Source: Balanoglossus misakiensis
Lineage: Eukaryota > Animalia > Hemichordata
Reading direction: 5' to 3'
Length of the DNA: 64,000 nt
Assembly (NCBI GenBank): GCA_040954595.2
Contig: CM082579.2
Span: forward strand, 2,472,345 to 2,536,344
A program made the translations under genes and the position numbers. How positions within the stretch are numbered: the first letter of the stretch is position 1; every line of letters starts with the position of its first letter. The notes beneath the pieces are model-generated. The model was given only the letters and a program-made list of their open reading frames with translations, ran no database searches and was not told the origin of the DNA. This document shows, piece after piece, positions 25,145-37,509 of the stretch.

Positions 25145-27665
25145 GTTGACGTGTTAACCTGGGAGTCGGTTTGCTGAAATAAACGTGTGACACCTCTGGT
25201 GGCCACATTCAGTCGAGGCAATCCAGGGGGAGTGGCACTGGGGCAGTGAAGGTGATAGAATTACATCGTATTGACAAATTGTCTGAGATCGATGTCTTAT
25301 CGCACTACATTCCGAGACATTAAAAGGGTTGCGACGCAGCAATGCCGCATTTTGGAAAACAATTTGACGTGATATGTCGAAGTTTGTTTAGACTCGCTTT
25401 TTAAGCCGCACTGTGGTCGTGACATGTATAGGGGAGGCACGGGAAAATTAAAGATTGTGCGATTACATCCCCTCTATGTCATAGACAAGTCAACCAGTTT
25501 CGACATCTTGTCGTAAACTGCAGATTAAGCAGAATGTAACGTCAGTGGCATGGGTGAATTTAGCAGGCTGACACTTTTGCTTACCTGCAGCAGCTTCAAT
25601 GCACCAGATGTGAACTAAATTTGCTTCCTGTGACTAAACACTATCTTTAGTATGCAAATTAGAAAGTAATGGAATATTTAGGCCTAAAGTTGTCTTTCTA
25701 CACGGCAATCATATTCACTGAGTCCAATATGCATGGCTGTTCTGAGAATATCTGACATATCGATCACTAATTAGCACCAATCATGTAAATATCACACGCA
25801 CTAGAAACTAATAGTTTCTTGCTATTTAAAAACATCACGTGACTTCCATCCTTCCATAATTGCGGAGCAGCGTATGGAGTATAATCACTTGCAAAATTAA
25901 ATTTGAAGTAAACAATAGACCCTAGAGGTCTATGAGTAAACACTATATTTTAGTTTTCGTTACAGAGCCCCTTTCCAAGCGTCGGTGTACGTGCTCGAAT
26001 TACTTGACACAGGGGGCGCTCTCTCAGAAAGCGTACTTCGTTCTATGCACGTGAAGTACCCAAAAAGTACACCTTTTTCGACTGCGTGGAAGTACCTGCT
26101 ATACAACTACATAAACACTATTGCGTGTACTGTGGTTGAGCAGTGGTTGGTCAAAGCAGAGCTGAGATCTCCTTGTATGCTCACTATTTATACATTGCGC
26201 ATTGTGTGGAACTGGGCCTGCGGGCAAAGAGTTGTGAAAGCTTTGGCAAGAAAACTGAAACGTGGATTTCCCCGGGCGTTAGCGCTCAAAACAATGCGTC
26301 TATTAGATGTAAACATCGAAACTTGTAATGGAAGCGTCCGAAGTACTCAGAGCTTTGCGCAGTGTCGTCTTTTTGAAAGTCGAAGATGCGAAACGCCCCC
26401 AATAGTTTCTATAAACGCCAGTAGTATTCGACGTATGCGTTTCCTTGTCGGCGGCAAGTCAAAAGTTGAACAGCCCAGCTTTTGACTCGACCTCACTACG
26501 GCAAAAATAGCCTGACTTTTTATTGAGTCTGCGATGTCTTGTGCAGCACAAAAGCGTCATCGGGACTGGCAAAAGCACACGCCCTAACTCAGTGCATGCA
26601 TTCATCGTACGACACCCGTATGGTCACAGCCAGCAAGGACTCCCAATCAAGGTAATGGTACGTCGGTGACATAAACAGGTAAGCTATTACATTCTAAAAC
26701 ATGTTTTTGCTACTGTATGTGACGTCAGACTGAAGTTGGTAGAAATGTCTGCATAAGGCAGTCAGTGACCCTGCTTGACATTTGTGAACTCAAAATACCA
26801 TGGTGGGATGACCTAAATTGAACTTGAACTTCGCGTCATGCTCTTATAGTTGAGTTACCGGTGATTTGCGGCGTGTATCAAAAGCCCCTCGTCAGCATTT
26901 ACTTCAATATTACTGGGACTGAAAGAGTGGAAGTTCCAAATAAGAACAGAATAACGATCCAAACGTACGTGGCACCAGAGCCTTCAAGATTTAGTGTGGT
27001 CGAAAGCACCTTTTACTTTAACGCGCGTTATTCAAATATGGGCCATTTTGGAGAATGAGGAAGGACACTGACGATTGTTTGGAACAATGAAACCCATGGG
27101 TGTGGGACCAGGCAGGGTTCGGTGACGTGTCACAGTGTTAGCTGCAATGGAAACCTCCAGTGGTGCTCAGTCGGTAAAATGGTTAACTGCGCACCTCTGT
27201 TTTGACCCCGGGTAAGGAACCCTTTTCAGGATGAGTAATCAAAAGTATGCATGAAAAATAGAATCGCTCTATGGCATGGATGTGGCCTAAGTAGAAACAA
27301 ATACAGCAAAAATCGACTTTACCATGACTCCCATAAATATTATACCAAGAAGAACTAGTGCTTATATAGGACTCAGCCTATTTGCATCTCTACTTTATTC
27401 AACGAGTTCAACGCAGTGTAGTCGTTTTCTTAGAAAACGAAGCATTTCAATTCAAAACATTTCACTTCCATTTTAATACAAAGTAGGTCGTCATAGAATA
27501 TCGACGATGTGAAAATCAACAGTGGTCTCCATCCTGAATTCGCTCGAATACGTTATCGATTGTTTTAACGACTGTGTGCTCACCAATCTTATTTCAGGCT
27601 TCTGTTTACCAGCAACTGCGTTGATCTCCACACCATATGGGCAACTCGACGTCGATCGGGCAACA

Positions 27666-30600
27666 ATGTCGTTCTTCCGTGTTCAGCTGGGCGTCATTCT
27701 CCTCTTCCATCTGTCTTCTCAGCCGGCCCAAAGCGAGGAAATATTTCGTTCCATCGCAAGACTGCGAATCTTGGTTTCCGTAGAACGAGAGCTCATCCAG
27801 GCACTGCAGCAATACATTAATGTGTCCAGGGATCTCTTTAGAACAGGGTAAGGTGGAAATTGCTATTTCTCTCACGAGTGTTAAAATATTTCGTTTTCTG
27901 TACGTATTTTTTTTCCAATGTCACTCTTAATTATCACATTTGCCTTTGCGATGTACCATGGTATCCAAATGCTGTTTTTGGCCGTGCATAACAACTTGTT
28001 GCTCCTTATTTTGCAGAGAGGCACCAATGCACTATCCGCTCATCAAGGGAGAAATCATTAACTTATATCAAAGGTAGGATCGTGGTAGGTGGTCAACACA
28101 AAGTAGTCATGCGAAGAATTTTTGTACCAGCAAACCAGAATGTGCGTGTACATTAAATTGAGCGATGTCAAACACCCAGGAGCACATATCATATGTTCTG
28201 TTGACATTATTCGGATCATAATATACCATCCTGTTGCTTACATATAAGTGTCATATTGCTTGAACTCCATGTTTATATACGGGTTGTGTGCCTGAATTGA
28301 TCCGAGAACGGATATGTTAGATATCAACCGGGATGGGGAATCTATCCGTGACCCAACATTGCCATCAGACACGGATCCGTCATCCGCGCTTTTCTTTCTT
28401 CCAGACGTTTGGAAGACGTGCGGAAGATCAGCGACGCCGCCGTTGCCAACGTCGACGTTCATGTGACCCATCCGGTCCAAGCATTCCAACTTCTGAAGCG
28501 GTACATGAAGCTTTGGAATTATGTGCGGAACGGCGTCGACAAAGATGTTGGAAAGGGTAAGATGGGTTTTCAGACAGACTCTTGATTTTTCTTTGACGTT
28601 TTACCAATTATAAGCTTGATAATCCCTGATCACTTGAATGTATGGCTATATTTCAGACATTTTAGAAACTTTGGAGCGGAACCATCACGTTTTGCCAAAC
28701 GACACAGATTTCATCGGAGCATGCCGTGCCATCACAAGACTCCAATCGACCTACAAAATCTCCGTCAGGGACATGGCGGACGGAAGGCTACCGGGAGAGA
28801 AACACGGAGCAGTAAGTACGATATTGGTACATGTAATATGTCGGTCTATATATAGGATTTCATTAGGCATCCATTCCAAGGACTCACTATCGCTAGATTG
28901 TGGGTTCAAGACCTTTTGGGTGGTGCGTGGTTTCAGTTTTCCGTCTGCTTTATACTCCTAAAACGTTAAAAAAGCAAATACTGTAGCAACATAAAACATA
29001 AAAACCTGTGTTTGACATTTATGCTAGTTGTTAATTCTCAGCATCTTTCTGCATTCTCCCGCTCAGTGCAATGGCCTCACCGTGGACGACTGCTTCTTCA
29101 TCGGACAAGAAGCTTTCAGCGCAAAAGACGATCACTACTGTTTGTCGTGGATGGAGGAGGCACTGAGAAGGTACAGAGAAGGCTATCCCGTCATGCCTTG
29201 GGAAGACGCGAAGGAGAGCACCATCGTAGAATTTCTGGCGTTCTGCTATTCTCGGGCGGGGCTTTATCACAAGGCGGTCAGGTTTACAGATGAACTCCTT
29301 ACTCTTGGTGAGTTGAGTCTATCGCCTTGAATTTTCATGAAGGAAAGGACGGAGCATGGTTCTCGTAAAATAGTCTTTCTTCCCATAAACCGTGTCTTCA
29401 TAACTTGCTGGTGTTTTTTTGCTGGTTCCATAGATCCTGAAAATATCCACGGATTGCAAAATAAACCCATCTTCGCCGAAGAACTGCTGAAAACCCAGCG
29501 TAGTGCGCAAGAAGAGCCGCTGTATCCGGCGGTAGAAGAAAATCACTACCACAAATGCTGCAGAGGAGAGGCCCCTCAGGTCGGTTCAATATCTACACTT
29601 CATTACCAAGTACATCGATCATCGACATCAGTTAATAGAACTACGAAGACATACATTATACCGAATATTCTTTAACTAATTAGACTAGTGATTTTATTAT
29701 TGTAACGTTCTTTTGCAGACTCACGTCGTTCAGCCTCCAGAACTGGTATGTCGCTATTTAAGTGGTCATCCGCTGATCCGATTTCAAGGAATTGGCGAAG
29801 AGGTTTTGAATACTAATCCTAGAATTGTCATGTTTCGAGGACTTCTGAACGACCAAGAAGCGGAGATAATGAAGCGGTTGGCCCTTCCTCATGTGAGTCC
29901 ACAAGTATTTGGAAGTTTGCCTCAAATATTGCAAGGACAAAACATGTTTATAAATTCAACCGTACAAGACTTGTTGGATCGCAAACGTTCTTAGATGGTC
30001 CTCGCATTAAAATGAATGCAGTGATTTCGCGCGAATATCGAAACATGCAATACTGTGAAATCCGTGTTAAGTATCACACATGTACATTTTTTTAATTTCA
30101 CAGCTTACGACTTCAAGAACCGCCGCTACATCACAAAATGATACTTTGGGAAAGGTATACGAAGAAAGAGTTAGCAACACGTAAGTTTGCCCTTGATTGA
30201 AATATGGTTCATGTTGTAAACTATTCTTGCAAATAGATAATTATCACTCTCCCCGTCTTCAACCAGGGCTTGGCTGAGTGATGAAGAGTATCCAGATACC
30301 ATCATTCCTAAAATCACTGAGCGACTGGAAATGGTCACCGGTCTTAGTACAGACGCTGCCGAGCCATACCAGGTATAAATACACAACATGTTACACCCGT
30401 TAAGATTGCTCGGACACAATTTAGCTATCGTCAGGCATTTTTGTCTGTTAGCCTTTTGCTAATGATGCTTTTTTCTGTCGTTGACTCTTTAATATATCTT
30501 ATACAGGTGCTTAACTATGGGATTGGAGGGCACTATGTTCCTCATCTCGATGCCGATTCAAACAGCGTCATGCAGGCAGTTCAAGAACGCATAGCTACTC

Positions 30601-31244
30601 TTCTCATATACGTAAGTAAGCTTGTACAGACTTACTGGACTGATGCAAGATAATATGCTTCAAAGAGCGTGGTTTGTCAGCTATTTGCTTCAATAAAACG
30701 ATTGTTTGTTCTTTGTTTTATTCGGTAGCTGAGTGATGTTGAGTATGGTGGGGGCACAGTATTTGTGAAGCATGGCGTCAGAGCTAGTCCCACGAAGGTA
30801 ATTAAAATCTTCTACGATATCCAAATTTGTTGTGTTAATTGTCCAGGAGAACAGAATAGATATGTACCACGTACTGCCAATGAAACCTCATCTTCTATCT
30901 CGCACTATTGTTTGATTGCAGGGAGATGCTACTTTTTGGTACAACATGCACAGATCCGGAGAAGTCGATTTCAGCACAGAACATGGCGGGTGTCCTGTTT
31001 TACTTGGAGAAAAATGGAGTAAGTATAGTTGGTTGTATATACGACCTGCTACTTTAGGCTTTGGTTTGCTAAGAGGATTATTAATGAACACACTTTGCAT
31101 GCACATTTATCATACACAAGTGCACCGTGTAATAGATTGATCTAACACGCAACTTTTTGTATCCACATTTCAGTTATCAACAAATGGTTCAACTACTATG
31201 GGCAGATGTTTCACAGGAAATGTGGACTTTCGCCTGAAGAATGA
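27666..31244 (+). CDS. P4HA: Collagen prolyl 4-hydroxylase alpha subunit
   Basis: Exons 27666-27847 (signal peptide + EIFRSIARL), 28017-28073, 28405-28556 (HPVQAFQLLKR), 28657-28811, 29067-29307 (LTVDDCFFIG TPR region), 29434-29579, 29719-29892, 30104-30180, 30267-30372, 30507-30611 (NYGIGGHYVPHLD, RIATLLIY), 30729-30797, 30922-31018 (HGGCPVLLGEKW), 31174-31244. The Fe-binding HxD...H and the 2-oxoglutarate Lys region are intact. Confidence 0.92.
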
Positions 31245-32363
31245 CACATTCAACAAGCGGACCTAAAAGAAACCAAGTGATGAATTTAATATTTAGATAA
31301 AAATATTTCTTTGCTGTTTTCTTTAGTCAGTGCAATCAAAGATTTAATTGCTAAGCAATTTCTGTTATTTACAAGGTGTTGCTGGATAGTGGTAGATGTG
31401 ATTGAGAAAGGTGACCAAATAAAAATTGGCGCCAGTCTGCAAAGATGACAGCAAATTCATGTAGCACTATTTCCTAGGTTCAAAACCCATTGACTCCATA
31501 GGAGCTCAGACTAAAAGTCATTTTCTGTCTTATTTTTTCATTATTATTTATGACAAATATGTGATTATGTATTACATTTAGGATGTCAGGAAGTTACCCA
31601 TTTGCTTCAAATTATTGTCGTTAGAGTAATCAAGATTATTACAGCATGATGTTAATGACATCATCCTTTCTTAGCTTGACACACTTCTAGTTCCAGATAT
31701 GATGTGCTGACTATGGTCTGCACAGAATCACTTGGAACAGCTCATTGACAAACTTGAATGTAATAATGTATTGAAATATATTTGTGCAACTCGTGCAAAA
31801 GTAAGTCTTTTAAAGGCTTAACAAATATTTTATCTAAAGCATACAAAGTCAACAAATACTTGTCTGTCCAAGACAAGACATAATTATAATACTGAAGAAC
31901 ATTTATAATTGTCATGTTCTGGTGGATTAAAGGTTGATTTCTGAAGGAAGAGGTTGCATTTGTGGAGGTATACATGTATATGCGACACACCAAAAGTGTC
32001 AAATCTATACATCTTCTCGTTTTCATGGAAGAATCATATCAAGTCTTTACCATGGTTACTGATTGACATTATCAAAGCAGCACCTCATTGGGCTGTAATT
32101 TTGAGTACTGGCATACAGTACTGGATGGAATACACTGTTCAGACAGACAGCATGATGTTTAAATTATAGTTTAAAATGTTTGCACATTCGTGCATCTATT
32201 CATATAATAAAACTAAATATCTGACGTCACTTACAAAAATGAAAATGCTAAAATGACTTTTTTTGCAGTTTTTCTTACTAAACAATCCTTCTTATGTTTG
32301 ACCTTACAATGAGAAATAAATACACGTATAAAATCGCTATCCAATCTTATGAGGTACAGTGAA

Positions 32364-32716
32364 ATGGGTTTTAGTCACGGTCATAAAGCAGTTTGGAGAG
32401 TATACCATGCAATCAGATTTTGAATCTATTGGTGCTTTGAGTCAGAACAGTGAAATACCATTAAGTGGTGGACCCACATTGCACTTTTGTGAATTCTAAA
32501 TGAATTACATGGAGAAAATTAATTTGGGAAAATTAACTTGTAAAAAAATATAATGGAATGGGTTTTAGTCATAATGCAGTTTGGAGGGTATGTTCGTGTT
32601 ACTTCATTTGCCGTGTAATCTTGCACCTACTGTTACTCTGAGTCAGAACAGTGAAATGCCATTAAATGGTCGATCACATTGCACTTGAGGAAAATTAATT
32701 ATGGAAATTAACCTGT
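32364..32716. repeat. Diverged tandem duplication, two units of about 160-190 bp, between the P4HA and PPME1 3' ends
   Basis: Both units (about 32364-32541 and 32558-32716) share ATGGGTTTTAGTCA..GCAGTTTGGAG, TGAGTCAGAACAGTGAAAT.CCATTAA.TGGT, CACATTGCACTT and GAAAATTAATT..GGAAA.TTAAC.TGT. Confidence 0.8.
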
Positions 32717-33046
32717 GTTTGTTAAGATAATGGTAAACGCTTCACTCAAAAACGTTCAGACCCACACACTAACTGTGGGTTGCATTTGACATATAATTAC
32801 AGTCATGCTTGACACATGAAGTGTTTAACTGAATTAAAAGAGAAACTTTCTCATTCTTGATTCGCACAGTGGCATGCAGATCATTGCCAGGTGATTTGAC
32901 AAGTGGTGGGCGTGTCCAAATACTGTTTGAGGAATTGTGTGTAGGGATTCTGTTGAGCTGCTGTCAAAAAAACTGACATCGTCACCACAGAAGATGGAAT
33001 CGATCTCCCACTACGGAACGAGTCCTTCATGCAGTTAGTATCATGG

Positions 33047-36000
33047 CTAGCATGCTGGCATGGGCCTGCAACAGAAAAACATGCAGTTCATGGTTAGTGT
33101 GAGATGAAAACTCTAGAGTCTTGATTACAATACACATGTATGTGTGTACGTACGAAGACAGAGACCAGACCTTGCATTTCAGTCTCATCAATTGTGGTGC
33201 TGTATCAAGAAATGTGATAAAACCTCAGACCTGATTTTCTGATACCATCACATTGGACAGACAGGAGCCATGAGACATATTTGTCTAGACAGACAGATAA
33301 TCTCAAAATATAAGATGTTCCCCATCAAGCTTCATCAAAAATATTTTGGAATCTGTTTTGAGTTATCTGTAATACTTAAGGCTGTCTAAGCTCTTCAAAT
33401 CCCATGTATTATTTCAGATTTCAAAACAATGCGAGGTAAAATTGTAAAATGTATTTAAAAAAACTTCTAGAAACTTTTAAGTATCAAATAACCTACTTAT
33501 TTCCAAAAGAAGTATTAAACTCTTCTTAACATTAAGATACCCTGTTAGTTATTGTGCTCAGCTAACAATTTCACTGATCATTTCGATTAAATTAATTTTT
33601 CTATAACTGGTAAACCCAGGCCTGGTACAAACCTTCTGAAGTCGGCCGTTGGTTCTGCAAATCTGTGTCTGACCATGAAAGCTGCCAATGCTTCTGCAAC
33701 CTGTAAGCATGGATACACATCTTAGTGTTGCTACACATTTTTTTTCTAATGGTAACAAAGGTTTTTTGCAATGCCTTGCCTGTGTAATGTGCTCAGACTG
33801 GTCAAATTCTTCTCACCTGGGGAAGGTTGTAATGTTAAATTGGTCTGATGTAACACCAAACTTCTAAATGGCCTCAGATATAATATCTCAATCTGAAGTC
33901 CCAGTCTGATAGCCGAGTTCAACCCTTACACAAATCTCTCGTCTGAATCTAATCTCCAGATACGGACTAACAATGGAGCAGTGTAATTTAAAATGTAAAC
34001 ATGCACACAGAGAATGAAATAACATTTATTTACACTTGCCTTCTCTGGCGCATCTTCATGCACTGCGTGACCACACTGTGGCAAAAGTTGCATCTGAAAT
34101 TTACCTTGCATTTGACCGATAGTCAACTCCTTATCAAGTCTGTCAACACCTGGCGAGTAAAACGAAAAATAAACAAAAACCATGTACAATGTATATCAAA
34201 ATACCATTACCTTAGAAATCATAAGCACAAATCTGATACGCTGGACTCAAGACAGACTTAAACACAAGAACATGGCCAATCTTGTAATGAGTAATTGAGG
34301 ATCAGTTGTGTAATAATGTGATGGTGACAACTTACCGGCAAGAAGTAGCATTTTTGGTACATGACATTCGAGGAACAACGTAGACAGGCCTTCAAACCAA
34401 CCTGCAAAATCAAGTGTTCATGACTTAAGTACAGTACAGGATGTGCTTCAACGCAAATGAACATTTTGCCAACATACATGTTGGCCATCTGAGTTCCTTG
34501 TGGTGTCTACTGTGAAGTGTGAACTTTTGCTTTGATTACAAACACAGCAAAGTGTATGGTAGCAAGTCTGCATTGTTACATGCTGCACTCCGAAACTACA
34601 TGCTGTAGTCATTTAAAAAATCTGAAAGTTCTTTGCAAAATGTTTGTCAGAATATTACCTCGCCAGTACTTTTCTGTTTTGGTCAGATCTATCCTCCATG
34701 TGTACACATGTGATGGCTCCTACGAATAAAAATCATGTAAAACTCTACATGAAGCGGACAAAAAATATTCCAGTGAAAATAGATTATTTGGTGAAAACTA
34801 TGAAATTTTCTTTAGTAAGAAACAGTCTATGAGCAAATACAACTAGTTACCTCTTCAGCAGGTTTGTGTTTTTTCTGCTGTTGTGCTTCTGTTGCATTCT
34901 GTTCTGGCGGTTTTTGACTTTGATCAGTTTCAGACTCTTCACTTTCTTCTAGAATAGCATTACCAGCCCTTGGTATGTTGTGTCCCTCACTGGCTTGGAC
35001 TTCTGCCAAAGAAGGGGTTTCGTCTGTCCCCACCCTGCGGTGATAGGATATGGGTACAATGTTGCTATCTTTATGTGTTCGACAACTTTTTATTCAAGAA
35101 AGTAATTTAAGTTATTGAACTTTAGCAACATTTGATGATTTGATAATTTACCTCTTTAGCTGTCCAACCATGGACACTTTGGCTGATTCAATGTTCCTGA
35201 TCTGGCCACTCTTCATACTGAAAAAAAAACCAAAAGAAGAAAGTTTAGCTCGTGTCAAATTCCTGCATAACACACAACACAGAGACTCCATAGCAAGCAA
35301 CAGGATTGAACAAACTTAAAGTGGTGAAAGACTTAATTTGATTACTGTTGAGTATTCTTACCTCCACTCAATGGCATTTTCTAGAGATTTGAATTGACGA
35401 GGTCGACTGCTGAGGAAATTCTGCATACTGTGTAGGGCATCCAGTGCTGTCCCTAAAAATATTATAAACATTGTTTAACAATCTGTACATATAAGCAAGA
35501 CGTAAAAGAATTGTAGATATTGATAAAATTTACTTCTAGAGAGGATAAGCTGATGGTTTTGATACAAACCTTCCACAACATCGATGACAACCATACCAAT
35601 TAGAGATGGAATGATATCCTTGTATGCAGCATGTACGGCTACAGCTCCACCCATGCTACAAACAGAGACAACAGATAACACATCAGTAAGATGTAAGGTA
35701 TATTTGCAACTGGATTGTACCATCAGATCATTTACAGGCTTTCACAACACCTTGGAAAGTTTCTCTCGTTTGACTTTAAGAAGGCAGAGAGATGAAAACA
35801 AGAGGGAGTGGAGAATACAATGCAACTTTAATGTAAATACCTGTGACCGACAAGAATAACTGGGGGAGCTTCGTCGCCGTAAAACTGGTGCAGAACCTGA
35901 GCAATATCGCTGCAATAGTAAAGACAAGGGTGTATACCTGACATTGTTATAGATGCAACATAGAAATAATGGCTATAGACTTTTGGCAATGTGCAGCCCA

Positions 36001-37173
36001 AACATTTCTCCTTGGTCACACCCTGAAGATAGACTGTTTCTCTACTGGCACTTCAGTCCAAAACTGACACAAGAATGTCTGCATACCTTGATAAAGTGTC
36101 AGCAGACAAATCTTCGTCGTTAGTGGTGTGAGAGTCACCATGGCCTCGGAAGTCTATTGCTAATATTCTACATCTGACAATCTTGGTAATGTCTTTCTGT
36201 TGTGAAAGAAAAGAGAATTTAAGTATTTAACCAGGGAACTACACCAGGCACTATGGATGATGATTCTAGTGCATTTGATTTGTTTGCAGCAGCAGAAGTT
36301 TTTACGGTGAATCCTGACCAGCCCAGCCCAGCCCTCATCCCCTGGGATGATCCACATCATCATGTGATGTGGGGATTCACATGACATCACTACAATGGGT
36401 TATGTGACACTTGAGTGCTGTATACTGAGAAACCAACAGGTGGAAACTACTCACTGAAAGCACCGCCCATGAAAGAGATGAATGTCCTCCACCATGCAGT
36501 AAGTACAAAACAGGTCCTTCTCTTCCACATTCATAAACTCTGAATGAATTATCATCTACTTTTATATCTTCGACTTTCTCAAAATAATGATCCCATGTGA
36601 CAGGAGTATAGTCTCTTTTCCGGCGAAGTCCATGTCTGAAAATAAAGTTCATAACGAACCAGAGATCAACAAAAGTTTATTATTAAACAACAAACATGCT
36701 ACAACATACACACATACATAGCATTCCACGGGCGTCCGTTGCTATGGCAATGAACTTCACACTACCAGTGACCAAGATGGTCGAATACTCGTAAATGGAC
36801 AGTTCGAATGTCAATCTTAACTACTATCACAAGCAAATTAACAAGAACTGCACTCGTGATTTTCCCGATCCTTGGATAGCGATGATATTGATGAGGCCTA
36901 CTATACTCACTGCAGACTGCATATACCCCATTGGGGCTACGGGAGGGGTGTGAGGTCACAATATTGATGGTCATCATGATACAAACAAGCATGACCTTTT
37001 CATCATCGCAGTGATTTTCTTGGTGGTCACACTTCGGAGTAAGACATTGGAAATCTTGTGTTATTTATACAGACATGATAAACTTACGATCTGGCACCGG
37101 GGACTCCCACGGGCGGCATAGGGGGGAGCTTCCCTGCCATTTTTTTGAGGTGAACTTTCTTCTGCAGCGCCAT
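33047..37173 (-). CDS. PPME1: Protein phosphatase methylesterase 1 (PME-1)
   Basis: ATG at 37173 (MALQKKVH..LPPMPP). Exons encode RKRDYTPVTW..YF, LLHGGGHSSLSWA, D.RGHG, GHSMGGAVAVH (nucleophile elbow split by an intron), VIDVVEG, GVDRLDKELTIGQMQGKFQM, CGHAVHED. Last exon 33047-33065 ends PMPAC-TAG. Confidence 0.96.
33701..34039 (-). other. Non-canonical GC-AG intron in PPME1
   Basis: The exon ends HEDAPEK with AAG|GCAAGT; the next exon starts after TTACAG with VAEALAAF. The join is in frame and no GT lies at this position. Confidence 0.8.
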
Positions 37174-37509
37174 CTTAAGGTCATTGACCGACGATGCGTG
37201 AGACTTTGCGAGATTTCATAATTTACGCAGAATTTCATTCAGCTGGTCCATTTCCTGGTAAAACTGTAACTTGAAGATATAAATTAAATACCTTCAAGTT
37301 AGAAAATCAAGACACGACGCGTTAGTGTCGTGAAAAAGTTTTGCCGAAGTTGATCTGCATAAGATCGATCATGTGACTAGGTGACCTTTGCGGAGGTCAT
37401 TGCGGGAAAAACAAAAATGGCGAACATCTGAAGTTCAGCTCCGTCCACCTCGACAGAAAGTTTGCATTCTCGGTTATTTACTTAATTTCGTCCGTAAGTA
37501 TATGTCAGT
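37174..37509. promoter_or_regulatory. Bidirectional promoter region shared by PPME1 and C2CD3
   Basis: The start codons diverge only 336 bp apart (37173 minus, 37510 plus). The region is CpG-richer than the flanking gene bodies and has a YY1-like AAAATGGCG at about 37414-37422. Confidence 0.7.

Noticed and set aside
25985-26485. 166-aa plus-strand ORF between SLC13-B and P4HA
   Set aside because: GTG start, no recognisable motif and no convincing splice context; more likely repeat-derived or chance.
27155-27215. tRNA A-box-like sequence (GGTGCTCAGTCGGTA)
   Set aside because: No intact B-box or cloverleaf; at most a decayed SINE head.
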